Part shown: in pieces, positions 1 through 15,382 of the stretch | Layout of the letters: every line of letters begins with the position of its first letter | Numbering within the stretch: the stretch's first letter is position 1 | Source: Trichoplax sp. H2 | Taxonomy: Eukaryota | Direction of reading: 5' to 3' | NCBI GenBank assembly: GCA_003344405.1 | Contig: NOWV01000011.1 | Location: 124,001-188,000, forward strand | Length of the DNA stretch: 64,000 nt | Translations under genes and position numbers: made by a program | The notes under the pieces: model-generated | Told to the model about the DNA's origin: nothing | Databases searched by the model: none | The model's input: the letters and a program-made list of their open reading frames with translations, nothing else

Positions 1-118
1 TCTGACGCAGTATAATCGATGATAGCATTAACTTAAAAATGCCGTACTATTTTCTATATTTCGTCTTGAAATACATTCAAAATTTCTTACGTTAGTAAAA
101 ACTTATCGCTATTTACAG

Positions 119-3100
119 AGACCCAAAAAATGGTATGACACCACTACTGGAAGCCGCAAGAAGTGGGCGCGAAGTTATTATTAGCACATTACTGAAAAAT
201 GTAATGCTAGTACCGTCCAAAATATCACTAGCTTATTAGAACCACATATACGATAGCTAACTGCAGGTTACTGCATGATTATATAGGGTGCAGATCCTCA
301 TATCCGAAATAAGGAAGGAAGTACAGCGCGTTCCTTAGCTGTACGCTCTGGTAATACTGTTGCAGTTAAAATGTTTGACAACCTCTTACCTCAACGCGAT
401 GACTCTAAACTAACATCGAGTGATCCAGGTCTGAATCAAGGATAACCCGATATGGAAATAGATATCTATCATTTCATTTCAGATATAATGTGACGTATTA
501 TAATGCTGCGCATTCATTTCCATGATTTTTACTCATAAGGTGTGGTCAGATCGAGATCATCTGATCAGATTGAAGAAATTAGCAAAGAAAATGCTAATCT
601 AAATACGCCGCAAGATTATGGCATTAGAAAAGGACCAGAAGAATTTAATCGCCTGGTTAGGCAAAAATCTAATGAAAAGCAATTACCTACTGCTGGTAAT
701 GAGATAGCCGATCTAGAAGGTAATTTTTCCAAGTTGACTCTAGGATTCGGAAAGTAAGAGATTGTATACTATTAGACATCTAAATACTTTCTTATATTCT
801 ATCTCTACAGCTCGTAAAACCGTTAAATTTCAAGAAGATATTGATGTAGCTCTAATACAATCATCAGATAAAGATGTGACTCCTACCAAAATGAATCCCC
901 TACCCACTGAACGAGGTATACATGATTTATTTCTCATTATGCCATTTAAAAAATTATCATAGCAATCGTACTAAATGACTACATTACGAACTAAAAGAAT
1001 TTATAACTAATCTTGTAATGAAACACTTTTCATCCATAAAATGATTTATATATAATACTAGCCGTTTCATCCAAGAAAGAAGTAGAAATCTTATCAAATA
1101 GTTCAGAAAGCGATTCTGATATTGGATTCTTTCGAGGTGGCATGGAAACAGTAAAATATGATGGTCCGTTAAGTCCAAGTTCAAGTAGTACTAATCTACT
1201 ACTTAAGCGCAGCGATTCTATTCCAGAAAAACAGGAGAATAAGCAGCAAAATACCGTAAGTAGACAAAACTCAGCAAGTTCTCGCGCAGTAAGTGATCAT
1301 GATGAGGGAGTCGTTCAGTTCTTGGAACAACTCAAGCTATCGAAATATTTATCGACTTTTGAAGAACAAGAGATCGATATGGAAACGCTATTGACGCTTA
1401 GTGAAGCAGATCTTATATCGATAGGAATCAAGTAATTGCTCAATTTCTTTACAAAAAACATTCACTACTGTTGCCGTAAACATTATAAACATTTATACTT
1501 AATGTCATCAAACTGGATACCATCATAACGGCATTCCATTTGCATCTATAGATTATTAGGTCCTAGAAGAAAAATTTCTATGGCAATATCGCGTCACTCG
1601 TCAAAGAGATCGTCTAAAGTTAGTATCTCTGTATCACTATACGAGTTAGATAAGACTATAATACATCCATCGTTTTTCATTAATTTAATATTAGTTATTT
1701 TAGAGCATTAGAGTATTGCTCTACAACTTTTAGCTATGTAGCTATTTAAATCTGGATATTGGAAGTCCTCTAAATTTAATTCCTCTCAATAAGTAGAATA
1801 CTGGAACTTCATAACTACAGTTTAAATAACTTCATTAAAATATGAAATTGTACTATAAAAATGACTTCAGATGTATAATTTCGAGACGAGGAATCATACA
1901 TGGAAGTCTCTCTTTCCCTAATGGTTTTTTTAAGTGTAGAATGTAATATATTTCATAAAATTACAATATTGCCTTTTTGTATAATATTATTGCTGCTTCC
2001 TCAACTAAAAGCTTTTGAAATATACTGATTAGGATTCGGGAATAAATCAAAATATAGAAAAAGAGAAAAGTGATTTAGAATCACGATTACAACAGGTAAA
2101 TTTATTTAATTCATTAGACAACATTTCTAATAGCATTCAACCAATGATTTAAAAATAACCCTGTTCACTCATCTATGCACCGATTTGGTGATAAATACCG
2201 TATGAAATTTTTACCTCATTTTTTGATGTTGTAAGAAATCAGTAAATCTAAATAGATTTCTATTCCACACATTCAACTTTAATTTGATGCAGTACTCATG
2301 CCATGCTGTATCACTCTTACTATTGTAGAAAGCTAATTTATTAGATTCATGTTATGAGTGAAATAGTAAAATTCTTCTGCCTGATTTACGAATCTTCTCA
2401 TTTAATCCGATACAGCATACCGTCACATGGTCTATTATAGTAAATAGTCATAATTGTATAGTAGTGTAGTATACCGATTTGAATAGATATAATTTATGTA
2501 ACTTCCAAGCTTTTTCCGTCTTAGTAAAGCTACCAGTAAATTCATACTATCCTGGAGAATGAACATAACTCCTACTATTTTACTCATTCTATATTTCAAT
2601 GTGATACATTTGTAGGCTTTAGACAAGATTAAATATATATCAAATCAACTACAGCAAAGCAATAAAACAAATGAACAATTACGCAAACATCTCAATGAAG
2701 AAAATTTGCGTAGTCAACAAGTCGTCAGAAATGTTAAAAAAATCAATGAAGCCACTGTGAAAGCTTTAAAACGTCTTACAGCAGCAAGGTTGTTGTTATC
2801 TCCCTACCCTATTTTACGTAGATTTTAGTTTAAGGAACTCCCATTTGGTATTAGAATAATTTTTTTTATTATAGGCAAACCAATGATATCATGCAAAAAA
2901 GTTTCCGTCAATTAGAATTGCGCTATCGCGGTATGCGAGTATAATATTTCTACTTTTAATTTAACGATAGCAAATTATTAATGATTCTTACCATGAAAAA
3001 TCAATTAATTTTTATTATCCTTCAGAAAATTAATTCAAAAATATATACCACTTACTTTACAGAAATGGCAAGGGCATTAGAAGCCAAGAAAATCAACTCA

Positions 3101-3286
3101 GAACCTGATGAATCGTCATCAAGTCCTTTATCTAGTAATAGTGAAACTAGTGAAACCATTAATAACACTACCGACAAATTACTTCCAGCCTTAAGTAATG
3201 TTAATAGTCAATTAGTCGAAGAACTCAATTCAGTTAATAACATGATAGAAATTGCTATAAGCAATCTTAATAAAATATCTCTTTGA
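119..3286 (+). CDS. ANKS3: Ankyrin repeat + SAM domain protein, ANKS3-like (5' part outside window; multi-exon)
   Basis: Exon 119-200 encodes DPKNGMTPLLEAARSGREVIISTLLKN and the next exon GADPHIRNKEGSTARSLAV (ankyrin repeats). SAM domain VVQFLEQLKLSKYLSTFEEQEIDMETLLTLSEADLISIGIK|LLGPRRKISMAISRH. Coiled-coil exons follow; stop at 3286. Exon structure after the SAM domain is approximate. Confidence 0.8.
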
Positions 3287-4752
3287 ATTAAGTCAGGCTC
3301 ATACTGTATAGACTAATAAATTACCTTCAAGACGATATAATACTGTATTTAATCTATCAATACTAACTTTCGTTTGTCGTTACTGACTGTTTACGTAATG
3401 AATATATATATTGCAGTTTACTACTAGCGTACAGTAAATTTCACTATAGCTCATGGACTACATATCATTTTTTGTCAAATCAAAAGTAATCCCTTAGCCT
3501 ATTTTTATCTCTGCGTTATTTTTACTATACTAATGATTATTAATTGAGCTTCATATCAGTTATAATTTTTATTGATCACAAGTTAATTTTTCCTACATTT
3601 AAAAATGTAATATCAAGAGTTAATAACTAGATAGACTGTACGCTTTTACTTACTATCAATTTTTTAATTATCGTTTGTGAATTTTAGTTTATATTCCATT
3701 TTAGTAAGTATTTACAATCTTAAACCTCGATTACACTATGATGCAAAGACATAGAATAATAGATAATGAAATTATCTCAAACAACTTCTCTTGGATTAAC
3801 TAATCTTATTACCTTACCTCTACTAGGTAGATCATTATTATTTTATTTTTCCTATGTATTTCTGATGAATTCGTTTCTTTTACAAATACATACAAGTAAT
3901 TAAGTCTGCGTAATTGACGATCTAAGCTACAATTATCATGAAGCTTGAATAAAATAATAATATCGTACTTAGGTACATTTTCTATATTATTATTAGGATC
4001 GTGAATGTTTAAGCTAGATTCCAAGTTTATTAGATGAAAATTTACCGATATTTACAACTATTTAGTATGCTCTATATTTATGGGTTAATATAACGATGAA
4101 GCCTTATTCACGTTAGCAGTGCAAAATTGCATGGTGCTAGCTTCAAAAACCCTCCAATTTTGATCAGCTGAGGTGCGAGATTCGCATTACTAACATTCCT
4201 TTTAATGAAGTTTCATTCTACATCAGTATACTTAATTATGAATTACGCTCCACCAAACCAATACTTCAAGATTAAAAATAATGTTATTTCATCATAGATG
4301 CTCCATTTTTAGTTTCGCAGCCTAAATATTTATTAATCATTTTTATTTGATGACACTATTTGCAAGCTATAAATAAATCCGATGCTATGAGATTTCTTAA
4401 GCTATATTTTCGTTAAATTGAACAGTTTTACTTATGCAAGACTGTTTATAATTTAAACACAAATTATAATTGATAGTATGATTTTAATTATATTGAGATA
4501 TATTTGAAATATCTTGCTTATTCAGACCAAAAAGGAAAAATACACATGAGTTATTCATAGCAATGTTTGTTCTATATTTTGTATAGATGTAACTAAGGCT
4601 GCATAGTAAATAATTTTTAAATACTTCATAATGTAGTACTATAATATCTTGAAATCTTACAAGTCTGCTATTTTCAAAGATCAAAAGCTATTCTATCTAC
4701 TATGGCATATAAAGCATTTATTAAGTAAATTATAGCTATTTTATGAAGGAAT

Positions 4753-7700
4753 TTAATGACCTGTGGCCACAGTTGTCAATGCATTTTCGTCTTGCTGATT
4801 AAAACAATCACCGCAGGCGTTATAATATCCAAAAACACTTATAGCGCCTACTATGATACTGATTAAGATCTATTTGGATATAAGATTGTATTAATATGAT
4901 TGGATTTACATACGTATCGTACTTACTTTTATATCCTACGCTCCTGCTATCGATACAAATAATAATATATAAAATCGATCTAAATAATAATACTTACCGA
5001 AAATATAATGTAATGTTCAAAGAACTGTTTCTTGATCATAACTTTTACGTAAGCAAAGGCACAAGGTATATGAGCTTCTCGTTTTTGACTTTTAAAGCAT
5101 CTAAATGTATCATATATCATTAATTAATATCATTAATTGTAAATTTAGGGCTATAACGGAAAATTTAGGAACTGGTCTAATCAGACTTGATTAAGATGAT
5201 AGCTATCTGTTGCAAAATAGTGATAAAATCTCGGCCAGTCAAAAAATAAGCTGATATTCCTCTAGTCACCTTTCGTAAAAATAAGCCGCAGCAGTTAAAT
5301 TGCCATTAGTTAAGGTTAAATTACGAGCACCAAAAGTGAAAACGGTGTCATTATCTAATTGGCCACTCTCAATTAACCAACCAAGGTTAAAATAGCCCTA
5401 AAAAATTAAATTTCAGTAATTGTAGATTGCTGTTGGAGGATAAATCAACAACAAAAAGAATAAATATCTCTAATTATCTGTATACAAATACATGTACAAG
5501 TCTAGTTCAGCCTGTAAAGTATGCTTATCTTTCTTTTATTTGCTGTATTTACTCCAAAAGAAAACGAATCTGCATTTATCTGAATATTTCTACCAAAATT
5601 TTGACCTATAGCAAATTTTAAATGTACTTGACAAGTAAAGCACTATACAGTATTTACTGAATCGTTCGTCGTTGTATTTCGGGTTAACGAGAGAGAATGA
5701 TTGTCATACAGTATATATCTGTTCCTCCATGCTAAATGTAATCATAATATCTTATATACATAAGAAATTCATTCCTATTTAACACTATTCAAATGGATGC
5801 TTCTATTGCGTATATACCAAATATCTAGTCCTTTTCTTACAACTCTAATAGCTATTACAATAATTCCGATTCAGAACAATCTCATTACTAATCAAGATAG
5901 AATCACAATACTCAGCAAGGATTAGATTTCTCTGTAAATTTCTGATTTATAACCTTGAGGGAGCTAATAAATCGCTGATAAGGCATGATAGTAGGAAGAA
6001 ACAGAAGCTCATTGTCCCTAACCGGTAAGGCTAAGGATGTTTAATTAAATTACCTGAGGTTCATTCTTTTCAGCTGCTTCGATATATAATTGTGTAGCTC
6101 GCTTACTATCTCGTTTCCCTTGCAATCCATACCAATAAGCATCTGCGATCTTGACTTTAGCTGTTAGACAATCAATTTAACATTAATTTATGTTGAAAGC
6201 ACGTAATTAACGTTTGCCAAATACATTCAACATTCGATTAATCAATACTAGAATTAATCAGTGAGTTAATCTATTCTAGTATCTGAAATTTTATGTCCGT
6301 AGAATCTAGAATTGATGTATCCTTCAAGGATAGTATAACGTATGAAAGATATATAATATATATGCATATTATATTTACATACTACAATATGTAAGTCATA
6401 TATAATGCAATAAATATAATTTTAAGCATATATGTAGGCATACTTCTTATCATTTTCTATAATTACCTGGTGCATGACCTTGTACAGCAGACAGATTATA
6501 CTGACGCCATACGCTATTATCGCAATCTGGTAATTCATTCTAGTCATATTTGGTGTTAAGAGAAAAGGATTTTACTGCAATCTATAGTTTGATGTCACGA
6601 TTATTGTGATCTTATCAGAATGCAAAATTTATATAACTCACGTAGAAATTTTCACATATGAAAGCAGCGTTAAATTGTGCGAATTCAATTCCAGCTTCAG
6701 CAACCATCAGATAGAAAAGAAATGCATGTCGTCTATAGTTTGGTGTTTTATGCAACATTTTTGATCAATTTATAGCTTCATACATTCTAATATAAAATAT
6801 TTTATGCAGTATTATTCAATTCAACAATTGAAATTTACTCATAAATAATACGTCTGATACCTATGAGATGCAAGAAAAGCATCTAAGCCTTTTCTTAACG
6901 TTTTGGCTAACATTGGACTTTTTTTAGCAACTCCATCAACATAGCTGCATTTGAATAAATATTAAGTTAAAGAAACTTTAACAGTGCTTTCAGAATGTGC
7001 TACAATTATCACAGAGTAAATTTAAATATCTGCTTTGGATTATCAAAAATGGAAGAAGAGAATTAATGTAACTCTACTGTATAGGACAAAAATTTTTACC
7101 CAATAGCTTGCGGACATGATCGTTTAATAAATTTATTGTGTCCCATAAAGGCTTGAGCAACTTCCATACTACCGTCCATACTACCAAGATTAGCTGCTTT
7201 AACAAAGTATTTTAAAGCCATTTCCTATATTATTGAAATGATTAATGGTTAAAAATTATTGATATTCCATAGATAAGTCTATTATATAATTCTATCACAA
7301 ATTATTGGATAAATAATTAAAATACATTAAACTAACTTCGTCTCTCGTTCCGTTATTTAACTGGCCTTGAGCGTACATATAGCCCAAGTTATAAGCAGCT
7401 TCAGGATGATTTAATTGCGCGGCTTTTTGATAGTAGTGTGCGGCTGCAAGTTTGTTATCATTGACATTAGCCGCAATCCAACCTAAGGCAAAGTATGCGT
7501 TAACGTTGCCCTATGCAAAATCAAAAGGAACGTTAGGCAGACGTCAAGATACTACGGTATATATGTGTATATAAACTAAATAATCCATAAAGATACTGGT
7601 AGCAATTATGATTAAAATCTATAGCATCAATACTATGCCAGCTGTTCAATGTAGATTGTAATAGTCTAATCGCAAACTTTATTCATACGCATAAATATTT

Positions 7701-10700
7701 TAAGCGTTTATATTATCCCTACCATCTTCGCTGCTTTTTCTAAATAAGTTACTGCTTTAGGCACATCTTTCGGAACACCTTGGCCCTATGAAAATGATAA
7801 TTCAGTTATTTAGTAGAAGTAATTTCTCAACCTGAAGAACTACCGTAATATGTTGTTTCTATAAGGTTAGTGGATGATATGGCAGTTAATGATAGCATAG
7901 TGGTATCTGCATGATTCTAATGGGATAACGGAATAAATTATCTACGCTTCATTACTTTAAAGACATTTACCTACCCTCAAATGAACAATTCCTAAATTAT
8001 AAATTGAATCCGGATCCTCATTTTTAGCTCCCATGCTGTAATACTTAGCAGCTGCTCTAAGATCCCTTTTAACACCTCGATTTCCCCAAAATAGTAATCC
8101 TGCCATTTGCGCCTATTTATTGCGATGCATAATTGAAATGATTTAGTGGTCTAAAACCGTTTTTAGTATTCAGTCTGGTATATTAGATAGCTTGATACTA
8201 TAGATATTAATAAATACAACATTCAGATCATTTTATTCATGTAAATCTATACCTGCGCTGACGTGAAACCCTTTTCCGCTTGGTATTTTACAAATTGTAC
8301 GTAACCGTCATTAAGCCCCTGCTGTCCTTCTAGATGTTCTGATATCGATAAACGGATTTCCTCAAGATCAACCTAGGATATACATACACGTAAGTTTAGA
8401 TAAAATGGGTTTGCAAAATCTAATTACTTGACTACATTTTATTTAAGCAAGTTAGTGTTTATGCATGTTGTCGTAGACTAATATCCAATTACATCGCCAA
8501 AGCGGTGAGCTTCAAGGTCTTCTCTTGTCCTAATTGCAGCTAATTTCAAATAAGCTACGTAAAGAAAGAACTTACATCAACTCCGGATGACCTATGCAGG
8601 AAACTTTAACCTCACACAGCAAGTTTTACTTCATTTAAGAGCTTAAAACTAATATCGATATGATAAATTTTGAGGTTAAATCATAGTAATCTTACCATAA
8701 GCTATATCACAAATTATAGGATAGCGGTCGATACCGTGAGCTTGACGAAAACCTAAGGCCATGCTAGCAAATTGATTTCCTCTATCACCAGATAAGAGAA
8801 TATAGAATATTCCCTAAAACGATTGCGATATTGAATTAAGCAACTTGTAAGCTATTCACTATAAATTTTAGGCCAAATAAGGCTTTAGGTCAGTTACTGC
8901 GGGATAAATTGAGTCCTAGCAACTTTGAGTATACTGCTATACCTTGTCAATATCTACGGGTGTTCCAATACCATTAGTATATAATGTTCCTTGAAAGTAA
9001 TATGCATCGGAGCTGCCAGCACATCCAGCGTAATCCAATATTTTAAATGCACGTTGATTATCTTTTTTAGTCCGTTCTTGACCTCCCTATAAACATTGTA
9101 TCAGACTATAACTACCTATATTTCATTAGCTATATGTTATTTTAACATATCTATTCATATTATATTGTATGATTGGAAACAATAATTCATTATGAATAAT
9201 AGCTATCTATATATAAAAGTCATCTGACCATAATCGCGAATGCTTGGTAATACAGCTCATCTCCTATGGAGGACATATCTAAATCGGTAGGATAGAGTCC
9301 CGGAGATCCATTTTTATAATTATTTTTAATTGTTGTATTGACTGCACTGATGACTTCTGGTGTGACTATCTCATTTACTGGAGCTAAGCATATCTGATAT
9401 CGTTCAATATTCTTCCTTAATATTCTCCACATAGCTGAAGGACATGATCCTATTATTTCAATCAAAAATCTATTAGTTGCTTACATGATCGTATTTCGAG
9501 ACTGAAGTATAAATACGCGTATACGATAATTACGTCAGTAATCAAACCTAAGATTTCTAAAATACTTTATGAACTAAATACATTATACGTGTATAATATA
9601 TTTTAATTAAATAACTTCAAAGTAAGCAATGAACCCTTAAATATTATGATAATTATTAATAAATAAAAGATGATAAAATCTACAGCGAATAGTTTACCGT
9701 ATCTATCTGCCTATTTATCAAAGTTGTATCCCAATAATTACTACACGCGTACAAATATGCAATATGATTGTTGCATAATTATTCTTTCAATTATACCAAA
9801 GTCAGTATAAATTTTTAATTATCATCACAAGCAATAATCAAAATTTGATGTAGTTATAATTTTCAATGTTACTGTAGTAATATTAAATTATTTCTGAGAA
9901 TTAAATTTATCTCATGAAGTGATGATAGAAGGATTAAACAATATGAGCACTTGCCGTAATTTCGCCTTCCTTTTGGATTGGCTGCCAAGTAATATTTAAT
10001 ATGTGTTCGCCTAATATCCCTTCTATACTGTAAGCAAATCTTTTTTTGCTGATTGAAGTCTAGTGATTAATCATTAGCGGTAGGTAAATAGAATGTAATT
10101 ATAGTGTTAACTAACGATTTAGTTCAAGTCTGTAACTATCGTACAGCTATCACATTTTACCTTTTACTAGCTCTGGTGGTTCCTTATGATCTGAAGGTAG
10201 CTATACGTATTGATTGCCGTTGGAAAAAAATATATGTTAAATCACATCTAATAAACTTATAAGTTAGGATCATTACTAATCTCTCATTACCAAATCATAA
10301 TGGATGCAATGTCTGCGGAATAGAGTTACTTTACTAAGATATCCTGTAAATGACGGAAAATTTTGATTTCCACCTAATGTCCACTGTCGTTCGTTATGAT
10401 TATAGCGTACTCTTCCAGGCAGTCTAAATTATCAAAGAATAGAATAATCTAATTTTCAATCAATTTCAATTTTACATAAAATTGTCAAATTAATCGTTGT
10501 GATAGCTTTAATCCACTGTATTTATTATAGTAATAAAGAGAATCTTAATTTTTCACGCTCTTTATCAAAACTGAAATCTATAACTAATTTCAGATGCAAA
10601 GATGGCCTTAATACGAACACATCAAATCGGCTGACTAATGTTTCATCGTCGCTTGACATATAAATGGTGGCCTATTGAAATAATCAAAATCGGTAAATAT

Positions 10701-13268
10701 GCTATTAATTTATATTGTATATGTTATCCTCTCATATAAATTAATCAATTTATAAACAATTCAGTTTACATAGAGAGGCTTCATAAAGTCGATGTTTTTA
10801 AAATTACCGTGTTAGAGCAAATGGTAAGGAGGATATGAACCCATGATTTGACTGGTATTTTCCATCCGGTAAGAAATGCATAAGGTTTGCCTGATGATAA
10901 TTCAACTTGCACATGCAAATTACCTATATTAAGGAATGATATTCAAGATTACTATATATATATCAGATTTTGGAATAAATTAAAGCTGAACAAAGTAAGG
11001 TAATATTATATTAAAATGAACCTATAAGAATTTGATGTGTTTCTAAATTATATTATATTGTCCTGTATCCCACAACAGATAATTAAATACTATATCAGAG
11101 AATAAACCTTTCAAATTGTGGCCAGCAAAATTAAATTACCTGCTTTAATTTCGTAAAGATGAGGCGTAAGAAATCTCTCTTGTTGGCGAAATATGATACT
11201 GCAGAAGTTATAGGGACATCTTCTAGCGATGTAAACCCACAAGGAAACGGTAACACTATAGAAAATAACGACACGTTTCGTTATAGGAAAATGATCATTT
11301 AACAAGTAATAAATAACATGCAGTACAAGCATAACAATTAAATACTACTTAATCTTTATGATTTCGTACCTTGGCGGCATAAAAATATTATCCAACCGTA
11401 TTGATGGATCGTAATATTTATCTAAATAGCTATCGAGACGAATAAAATGTATCGATAAATCGCTCATAGTCATTCGGTAGTATTTTCTAATAAATTTATG
11501 AATATTGATCATTTTACTGTATAATTAATGCTATATCAAATAGGTGAATATTACTTGAGTTATAATTGTTACAGTTAATAAATTATACTACTGTCGAATC
11601 GTCGAGATTAGATAAGGATATTTAGAGCAGGCGCTCCGAATATTTAAAGCAGCCACTAGTAAAAGGTAGGTTAAAGGTGACGTTTTATTAAATAATACCA
11701 TACGCCATCGGAAATTGATATTTTGGGGGATACTTATATATGTAAGACTCTTATGGCTATAAATGGATTGAATTATAATATTTTGTATTTCTCAAGTTAT
11801 TGTGTAATAATCAAGACCGAAAGAAAAATCTAAAACTACAATATTTTACATTTGGATTCAGGAGTTCTTCAATAAATTAATGAAATAAGTTTTTATGTTT
11901 TCGTTATAGCCATATGTTGATTAACTTATAATTATGTTTCTCTAATTGCTTTTTAATTAATAAATCTGTCGATGTAATCTGAAAGTACAATCTGTTATTG
12001 AGGATTGATGTTTTGGGTGGAGATTAATTAATGTAGAGCTATTGTGCTTGATTTATTACTAATAGTACGCAGTTGCTAAGTCTGGATAAGGATATTAAGA
12101 ATTGATTAACTCAAGATTTATGGTTATCTAAACTGAATAGTACAAGGCTAAAATAAATATTTCTAGTGATTAAAGTTAATGCTAATCTACAAGATCGTTT
12201 CTAACTATATTCAATATGCCGTAGAAATTGTAACTATTCTTTTAACCCCTGAGTGCGCAACTACCATATAACATTAACGAGCAAGCTGGGTCTAATAGAC
12301 CCGACAGTTAAGAATTACATCAATTTAATCATATTTATCAAAAAATTATAAAGCTATTTATCCTAAAGCACTTCTAGGTATACGAATACATCAAACTGCT
12401 TTTATCAAGATTTCTTGAAAGAACAGTGTTAACCTCGTGATTCCATTCTGTTCTCCAGAAAAGGTTATTGGTGTCTCTACCAAAGTTACAACTTCTGCAG
12501 TAATTAAAAAGACAAAAGAGCAACAAAAATCTTTTTCAAAAATATGAAAATCAAGTCGAATAAATATCAAAATGATTCTTCAAGTTTATGTGTGAAATAT
12601 GCGTAAGAAAGCAGAAAATTTCAACTGAATTTTAAATTTAAATACTTTTATATTCTTGATTTGAAGTTAACAATAACTAGATTAAATATCGGCTACTAAC
12701 CGCTCTCAATCTTGCAAGTTTTATCCCTATATTGCTCAAATTCGTTTTCACAAAATGAGACAGAATGACCCCAAATGTTCAAAGGATAGATACCATTAAT
12801 GCCAGCTAAATGAACCGACGATATACCATCTTCTTCCCACTTTTTTGGCTCAATTAAGGCTGCATAGAGATTAATTTGATGAGCGAAAGCGTCTAATTGG
12901 ACAATGGATTGGCCAACTCTTAACAACGCAGGCAATAAGACTTCAAAGTATATTACACCTTCTCCAGCAACGGGTATAGATTGATTATTCTGACTCACTT
13001 CCCAATGATATTGACGTATGTCAGTCGCTAATATGCGTATTGCCAACATTTTAGGATTTTTGCATTTGTACTTGATAGGTAGTATAATAATTTCCGATGG
13101 TACCAAAGATTTTTTAGGTTGAACAAAATCGACATATTCAGCTGGTACAATCTTCCGCCGCCTACTATCACTTCTGTGAGATAATCTGGATAATTGGGCA
13201 CGGCTAGTAAAATTAGGCCAAACGATGACGATATAAACGAAAATTACCCAGCTTATAGTCGCCTTCAT
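4753..13268 (-). CDS. SEL1L3: SEL1L3-like protein (signal peptide, LamG-like region, SEL1 repeats, C-terminal TM)
   Basis: ORF 12696-13268 is exon 1 (donor GTTAGT at 12700), then EVVTLVETPITFSGEQNGITR and VTVSLWVYIARRCPYNFCSIIF..LHVQVELSSG. SEL1 exons include AQMAGLLFWGNRGVKRDLRAAAKYY and KIADAYWYGLQGKRD. Late exon CFKSQKREAHIPCAFAY and TM HYIIFSILISIIVGAISVFGYY. Order matches human SEL1L3 as I recall it. Splicing between about 5100 and 6050 and the exact stop are uncertain. Confidence 0.8.
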
Positions 13269-15368
13269 GTTGAAAAATTCGAGACTGTTTCAAGATAATA
13301 TTGTCTTATTTGTCGTCGCTTGAGTTAAATTTGTTTTTCTAGATTAAAATATTTTCATTTGAGCAAATAGGATAAAATATCAGTAGTAATAAGTAGATGC
13401 AATAACTATTCTATATTCATAATTCCAGTCAGCCACGAAGTAAAATGATTCGTACATATAGTATGGTTTCCGCAATTCTATTCAATACTTCACCTAGTTT
13501 GGCTTCTATTGAAAGACTCTTCTCGACTGTAACTATAATCTACTTACAATTTTAGATCGTCAATATTCCATCTGGGTTGGTAGTTATGCAAAGCATTCCA
13601 TTGTATTGACAGTCTTCTGTTAATACTCCAAGATCAATTTAGAAGATGCCACGTAATATATTTAATGATAATCAATCTGGATGAACCATTTAATTTCTTT
13701 GATCCTAAAGACATCTGTTGCCATCCGAAGAAAAAATTAATAATTCCGGTTACTGTGTTGATCGTTAGGATTAACAATATGTATAGCTTCTGTACTATAA
13801 TAAGAGGATACCAATCCTGTATACTTTTATTTGACAGAAATTAAATCAATATAGCGTTTGCTCTACACTTTAGTCTATATTTGGTTCATAATATGAGAGT
13901 ATGGTATTATAATATAGTGAATAATTATAATAGAACTAGTATAACAATCAAAGCGGCATTTTATCTCCATTTTATTAATATCTCACGTATACAATTACGT
14001 TCTATAATATGCAAAAGGATAACAATGTCAATACACTATACTATTACATGAGTATAATCAAAGCCGGAGTAATATTTATTCTAGATTTTGGTCTGTATTT
14101 AGTATAAAATTTTGGTAGAATAGTACGAATGTAGCATATCAATATAAGCTATAATAGGCTATTTTTACTCGAATAAATCAAAGTTGTTAAAATTCTCTCT
14201 CGATTAGTTCATATTCAGCTTTTTATATGATTCTAAACTATAATAAATAAAAGATAAATTTATTACTATTTGATATTGATTGAAGGTGGCTGAAAGTACC
14301 CCGGGATTCTTTTCTTAACCCTATAAATATACAGTTTATAATTTTAGCGTGTATAATCGGGGAATAGCAACACCAATACTATATTCTCTTGCTTGAATTA
14401 GACTAACTAAAATTTTTTTATAATTTCTTTTACATTTTTACGTAGATAATCACACTATAACAAAGGAATGAGTTATTTACATTACAATATCGATAATAAA
14501 CTCTCGCATGGTGTTACTAGTATAGAATTAAAGCACTTAAATATTTTGTCATTTCGTTTATACAGTTTCTATAATAATCCTAAGTTTTCTTCACCATTTT
14601 GTTTACGTATAGTTCACTTTGTACCGTGTATATTGAAAGATGGCCATCTCAGTAATTGTAATCATACTTGCATAAGATCAAACATGAATTGCTAGAAGCA
14701 CCGAGCATTTCTAGTAGACCACACTGTATGTATGTAAGATCAAAAATTTTCCTTATTTTAGCCCTTTACAGCTACGCAGGTATATGATTTTGAACTATCG
14801 TAAAACAATGATAGGACCGTTATTGAATAATCCCCAGTGACCTCTCAAGTAAGTTTATACTTCTGTAATTGCAATCTAGAATTAAGAGAGAACTATGGGA
14901 ATATTACAGTCTATACCGTGGCTTAAGTATAATATAAGGTTAGCTCAAATTGTTCTCGATTTTTGTCCATATTTATTTAGTTTGTAATTTTAAAACTGCG
15001 ATAGTGAAATAACGTCATCGACTAAAATAGTCTACCATATTACATACATTTCCAGCAGTCTATCATTGCAATGTTAATGTACATAATTATTCGTGTATAC
15101 AGTTTTACTGCATCGATTAGCTCAAACTTTTTCTCATTCTTGATCACGTACGGCTAATTTTAATTTTATTTCCATGTTCTAATCAGGATTTACAAAACAA
15201 ATACGACAATCTCATATATATTTATGTATGGTGTACAATCTCGTCAGCGTGTTTCATACAATAACATATATTTGACTGGCTTGAATGGGTTATCCTACTG
15301 TAAAGTAATGGAGTTCCCCACAAACAAAAAACAAACCACATAATACGCTTGCTCGATGAGTTCGCGTT

Positions 15369-15382
15369 ATTTCCATGGCAAC
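15369..15382. promoter_or_regulatory. RFX X-box candidate (ATTTCCATGGCAAC) upstream of the Sp17-like gene
   Basis: Near-consensus GTNNCC-AT-GGNAAC with a perfect right half; a possible non-coding exon donor (GTAAGT) lies about 130 bp downstream. Confidence 0.55.

Noticed and set aside
5144-5402. Possible MITE with 11-bp inverted ends (tttagggctat/atagccctaaa)
   Set aside because: Short AT-rich match, no convincing target-site duplication, no second copy in the window.
12242-12311. TTAACCC start plus GGGTCTAATAGACCC palindrome, piggyBac-like end
   Set aside because: No matching opposite terminus or transposase remnant seen.
12696-13268. 190-aa ORF as a stand-alone secreted protein
   Set aside because: It has a donor at 12700 and continues in frame into SEL1L3-like exons.
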